This document shows, one piece after another, positions 60,108 to 64,000 of a stretch of 64,000 nucleotides of DNA; positions within the stretch are counted from its first letter, which is position 1, and each line of letters starts with the position of its first letter. The position numbers were made by a program, and so were the translations under genes. The DNA lies in contig CM126205.1 of NCBI GenBank assembly GCA_052327205.1, positions 322,276,001 to 322,340,000 of the forward strand, given 5' to 3'. Under the pieces are notes generated by a model. That model saw only the letters and a program-made list of their open reading frames with translations, was not told where the DNA came from and did no database searches. The DNA comes from Somniosus microcephalus (lineage: Eukaryota).

Positions 60108-60565
60108 AGTCTTGGCTCGGTGGTGCCACTCTCGCCTCTGAGTCAGAGGGTCTCGGGTTCAAGCCCCATTTTGGTTTTAAGCACATAAGCTAGGCTGACA
60201 CCGCAGTGCAGTGCCGAGGGAGTGCTGCACTGTCAGGGGGTTGCCGGCTTTCAGATGAGACGTTAAACCGAGGCCTCATCTGCCCTCCCCATGGACGTTA
60301 AAGATCCCACAGCACTATTTCGAAGAAGAGTAGGGGAGTATTACCCGGTGTCCTGGCCAATATTTATCCCTCAATCAACACCATCATAAACAGCTTATCT
60401 GCTCATTTATTTCATTGCTGTTTGTTGGGATCTGGCTGTGTGAAAAATGGCTGTTGTGTTTGAACTGTGGCGACTGTTTTACACAAGCAAAGTAATTCAG
60501 TGCGTGTGACGTTCATTTTGAGATGTTCCTGGGAGACATGAAGGTCTCTATGAACGCAGATCTTT
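60108..60565 (+). mobile_element. Deu-SINE
   Basis: tRNA head and Deu body; diverged tail. Confidence 0.8.
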
Positions 60566-61124
60566 GTTTATAGCTTTCCAAAGCGAAGGTTGAATCTAAA
60601 ATGGAGCCTGAGGTTAACCTTTTATCAATGTTTTAACGTTCTGGTTTTACACTTGAAGGCATTTAGCCACAACAAGATAGCTTAGACCGAGGGTCACTGG
60701 CTTATGTTGAATATTCAGTGGTACAGAGATCTTAAGTGTTTTGTCCATAACTAGCCTAAGCACAAGGGTTCTAAGCATATGTTTCCCTTATGCTGCCTTA
60801 GTAGTACATACACATTTGATGTTATTTCTCCGTTGTTGAATACCACAAGCACCAGCACAAACCTTGAGGAGATAAGTTTGGATGCTGAGTGTGTTCGATG
60901 CTACACACGATGGATAAAACCACGGTTCATAGCCCAGAATGGACCAACTCCCTTCCTATTCACTCCCGTTGTATAGAATTCCGGTCGACCAAAAGCCCTT
61001 CCAGTTTTCTCCCGCGGGATAGAGACCGTGTTGTCACGAGGGTTTCAGCGAACTGCGACGGCTAGTGTGTGATATTTTCACACATTGTCAACTTGAACTG
61101 TGGAAAGCATCTGGCATTACCATA

Positions 61125-61460
61125 AAGAAAGAAAGACTTGCATTTATATATAGGCACCTTTCATGACCTCAGGATGTCCCAAAGCGCTTTACAGCCAATG
61201 AAGTACTTCTTGGCGACCTTGGTTTTGGTTCTCCCCGGTGTCCTGGCCAATATTTGTCCCTCAATGAACATCACTAAAACAGATGATCATATTGCTGTTT
61301 GTGGGAGCTTGCTGTCTGTAAATTGGCTACTGCATTACAGTTAATGTTTCTGACATTACTATGGTGACTGGACTTTAAAAGTACTTCATTGGCTGTAAAG
61401 CGCTTTGGGACATCCTGAGGTTGTGAAAGGCGCTGTGGAAATGCAAGTCTTTCTTTTTCA
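61125..61460. mobile_element. Two Deu-SINE tail fragments in opposite orientation
   Basis: 61125-61210 (-) and 61228-61460 (+). Confidence 0.72.
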
Positions 61461-61557
61461 CTCCGTTTCCCATTTCATCAGCCATCATTGTCAGATGGAG
61501 ATGGCAGACTGCTAAGCAAGTCTCGAGCCTCTGCGAATGCTTCCCTGTAACTGAAGC

Positions 61558-62210
61558 ATAGAAACATAGAAGATAGGAGCAGGAGTAGGCCATTCGGCCC
61601 CTCGAGCCTGCTCCGCCATTCAATGCGATCATGGCTGATCATCCACATTCAGTACCCTGTCCCTGCTTTCTCCCCATATCCCTTGATCCCTTTAGCCTTA
61701 AGAAATATATCTAACTCCTTCTTGAATATATTTAATGAATTGGCCTCTACTGCCTTCTGTGGTAGAGAATTCCACAGGTTCACCACTCTCTGGGTGAAGA
61801 AATTCCTCCTCATTTTTGTCCTAAATGGCTTACCCCTTATCCTTAGACTGTGACCCCTGGTTCTGGACTCCCCGACCATCGGGAACATCCTTCCTGCATC
61901 TAATCTGTCTAGTCCTGTTAGAATTTTATAAGTTTCAATGAGATCCCCTCTCATTCTTCTAAACTCCAGCGAGTACATGCCCAATCGACCCAATCTCTCC
62001 TCATCCGTCATTCCTGCCATCCCAGGTATCAGCCTGGTGAATCTTCGCTGCACTCCTTCCATGGCAAGAACATCCTTCCTCAGATAAGGTGACCAAAACT
62101 GCACACAATACTCAAGGTGTGGTCTCACCAAGGCCCTGTACAACTGCAGCAAGACATCCTTGTTCCTGTACTCGAATCCTCTCGCTACGAAGGCCAACAT
62201 ACCATTTGCT
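61558..62210 (-). mobile_element. CR1 LINE 3' fragment
   Basis: ORF 62200-61649 nearly identical to the 49612 copy. Confidence 0.94.
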
Positions 62211-62569
62211 GACTACTAGGAGAAGCGCGGGAGCGTGCTTTGTTTTTGGAGAGGGGGGTGGCTAACACTGCCTAACCTCCCCCTCGTGAACCCGTGTCCT
62301 TTCACACCGTGTCTTGCTCCACCTGGGCCACCACACTTGCCTCTTCCGTGCAGCAGTCTTCGCCTCCCTTTAGCTGCCAGGTTTCTTGCTCGGGGAATCC
62401 CAGCCAACCAACCAGCGTTAAAGCTGGAAGAGAGATAAAACCTGAGGCACGCAGCCTCATTAAAATATTTAAATGAGCGACCCGCCTCCTGGGAGCGGGT
62501 TGGTTGCCCCCCAACCCCCCCCCCCCCCCCCCACTGCCCTGCCTCCATTATAACCAGAAGTAGGAGAGG

Positions 62570-63040
62570 TCTCCTCTACATTGGGGAGACCAAACGCAGA
62601 TTGGGTGACCGCTTTACGGAACACCTCCGTTCAGTCCGTAAGGGTGACCCCGAGCTTCCGGTCGCCTGTCATTTTAATTCACCGCTCCATTCCCACTTGG
62701 ACCTCACCGTCCTCGGGCTCTTGCATTGTTCCACCGAAGCTCAGCGTAAGCTCGAGGAACAGCACCTCATCTTCCGATTAGGCACTTTACAGCCTTCCGG
62801 ACTCAATATCGAGTTCAACAATTTCAGATCATAACCTCGGCCCCTATTATATTTTTATATTTTTTATCCACACTTTTGGTTTGTGACTTTTCCTTTTTTC
62901 TCTCTCCCACATGGCAGCTGTCTTTCACTCTGCCAGCGCATTTCACACTTCATCTAGAGCCATTGTTTGTTTCTTTACCGGTCCTATTACCATCTCGTCT
63001 CGCCTTGAATATCTCTTAATGTCTCTTCTTTCATCCCCTT
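62570..63040 (+). mobile_element. Penelope-like element fragment (GIY-YIG endonuclease C-terminus)
   Basis: YIGETKRRLGDRFTEH..PVACHFN..RKLEEQHLIFRLGTLQPSGLN. Confidence 0.88.
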
Positions 63041-63041
63041 C

Positions 63042-64000
63042 TGTATTGATTTCTTTGTGGGTTCAATGACGAGACATTTATGAAAGAAGATGTCTTTTAA
63101 TCTAAAGTCTTGTTCAACTCTTTATACAGCTTTACAGGAGACACCATGCTAGTGATGCATCTAGAACGAAACTGAAACTAAACTAACTGCCTTGCTTCTC
63201 TCGGTCACATGCCCTCTGCTGGTCAGGCACAAGCAATCAATACATGCAAACATGCTATTAAGGCATCATAATCGACCAGGCAAATACCATCTCTATTTGC
63301 TGATATCATTACATCTCCTTTTCTTAAAACAAAAATATTTTACTTTTAACTAACAACATGTTTTCTTTGTATTAATCTGCATTTTAACTGTAACACTTAA
63401 TGAACTTACATTATCATTATCATGATCAAGGTTTTTTAACCTTGCTTTGTGTATTCACATGAAATATGTCAATACACTAGAACTTGAAGAAAGAATAAGA
63501 TAACATTACTTCCTTCTATAACAATAGTCCTTAAATTTGCTCAATGAGTCTCTCAGGAGGCTTCACGTGTCTTGAGGATTTTCTGATTGATTGTCCTTGA
63601 ATCTGAGTTGTTGCCTCAGATGATTGGTTCTCAGCTGTGTGATCAGGTTGTTCAACAGTATCAGTCTCTTGACCTGCTGTGGCTGGTCCCATGAGAAGAT
63701 CTCGACGATTTCTTCTCAGAACAGCACCCTCATCTGTCTGAATGGTGTATGATCTTGGTTGAACTTCACTCAGGACAGTTCCCTTCTGAGTCCATGTGTT
63801 TGTTTTGTCTTTCAACCTTACTTGGTCACCAGTGTGGAGTTCAGGTGGGTTTTGTGTTCCTCTGTCATAGTAGTACTTTTGCTTTTCTTTCTGTTGTTCT
63901 TTGAACTTCCTCACTTTCTCCCCCTCTTGTTTTCAGGAGGTTCTCCGGGATGGGTAGGTTTGACCTTAGCCGACGTCCCATCAGGAGTTGGGCTGGTGAC
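63042..64000 (-). mobile_element. 3' end of a second Ty3/Gypsy element, running off the window
   Basis: LTR TGT..ACA 63042-63313, PPT 63314-63325, integrase C-terminus SPAQLLMGRRLRS..YYDR..PRSY..RRNRRDL. Confidence 0.9.

Noticed and set aside
62216-62560. GC-rich segment resembling a DNA transposon remnant (also 32040-32640)
   Set aside because: No paired termini or second copy that I could verify

Overview
Repeat-dense vertebrate genomic DNA, most likely from a cartilaginous fish (Deu-SINE/SacSINE1-like, HE1-like V-SINE, CR1, L2, RTE and Penelope repeats). The only host-gene exon I can recognise is the signal-peptide exon of a class-5 semaphorin, probably sema5b (47071-47276, + strand), so the window is mostly upstream or intronic sequence of that gene. 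Main contents: (1) two adjacent full-length PIF/Harbinger transposons (344-4812 with two lesions; 5229-9547 apparently intact), each with a transposase and a convergent three-exon Myb/SANT gene, plus three non-autonomous Harbinger-type elements, all five carrying a TGACGTCA palindrome 161-172 bp inside the left end; (2) an ORF1-less LINE that starts with a tRNA-derived SINE head, with a matching head+tail SINE elsewhere in the window; (3) a full-length Mag-like Gypsy element, a second partial one and four solo LTRs; (4) several TE-derived minisatellites and three short locally copied insertions. Everything was read by eye: boundaries of old repeats are approximate, and family names come from recall, not database searches.
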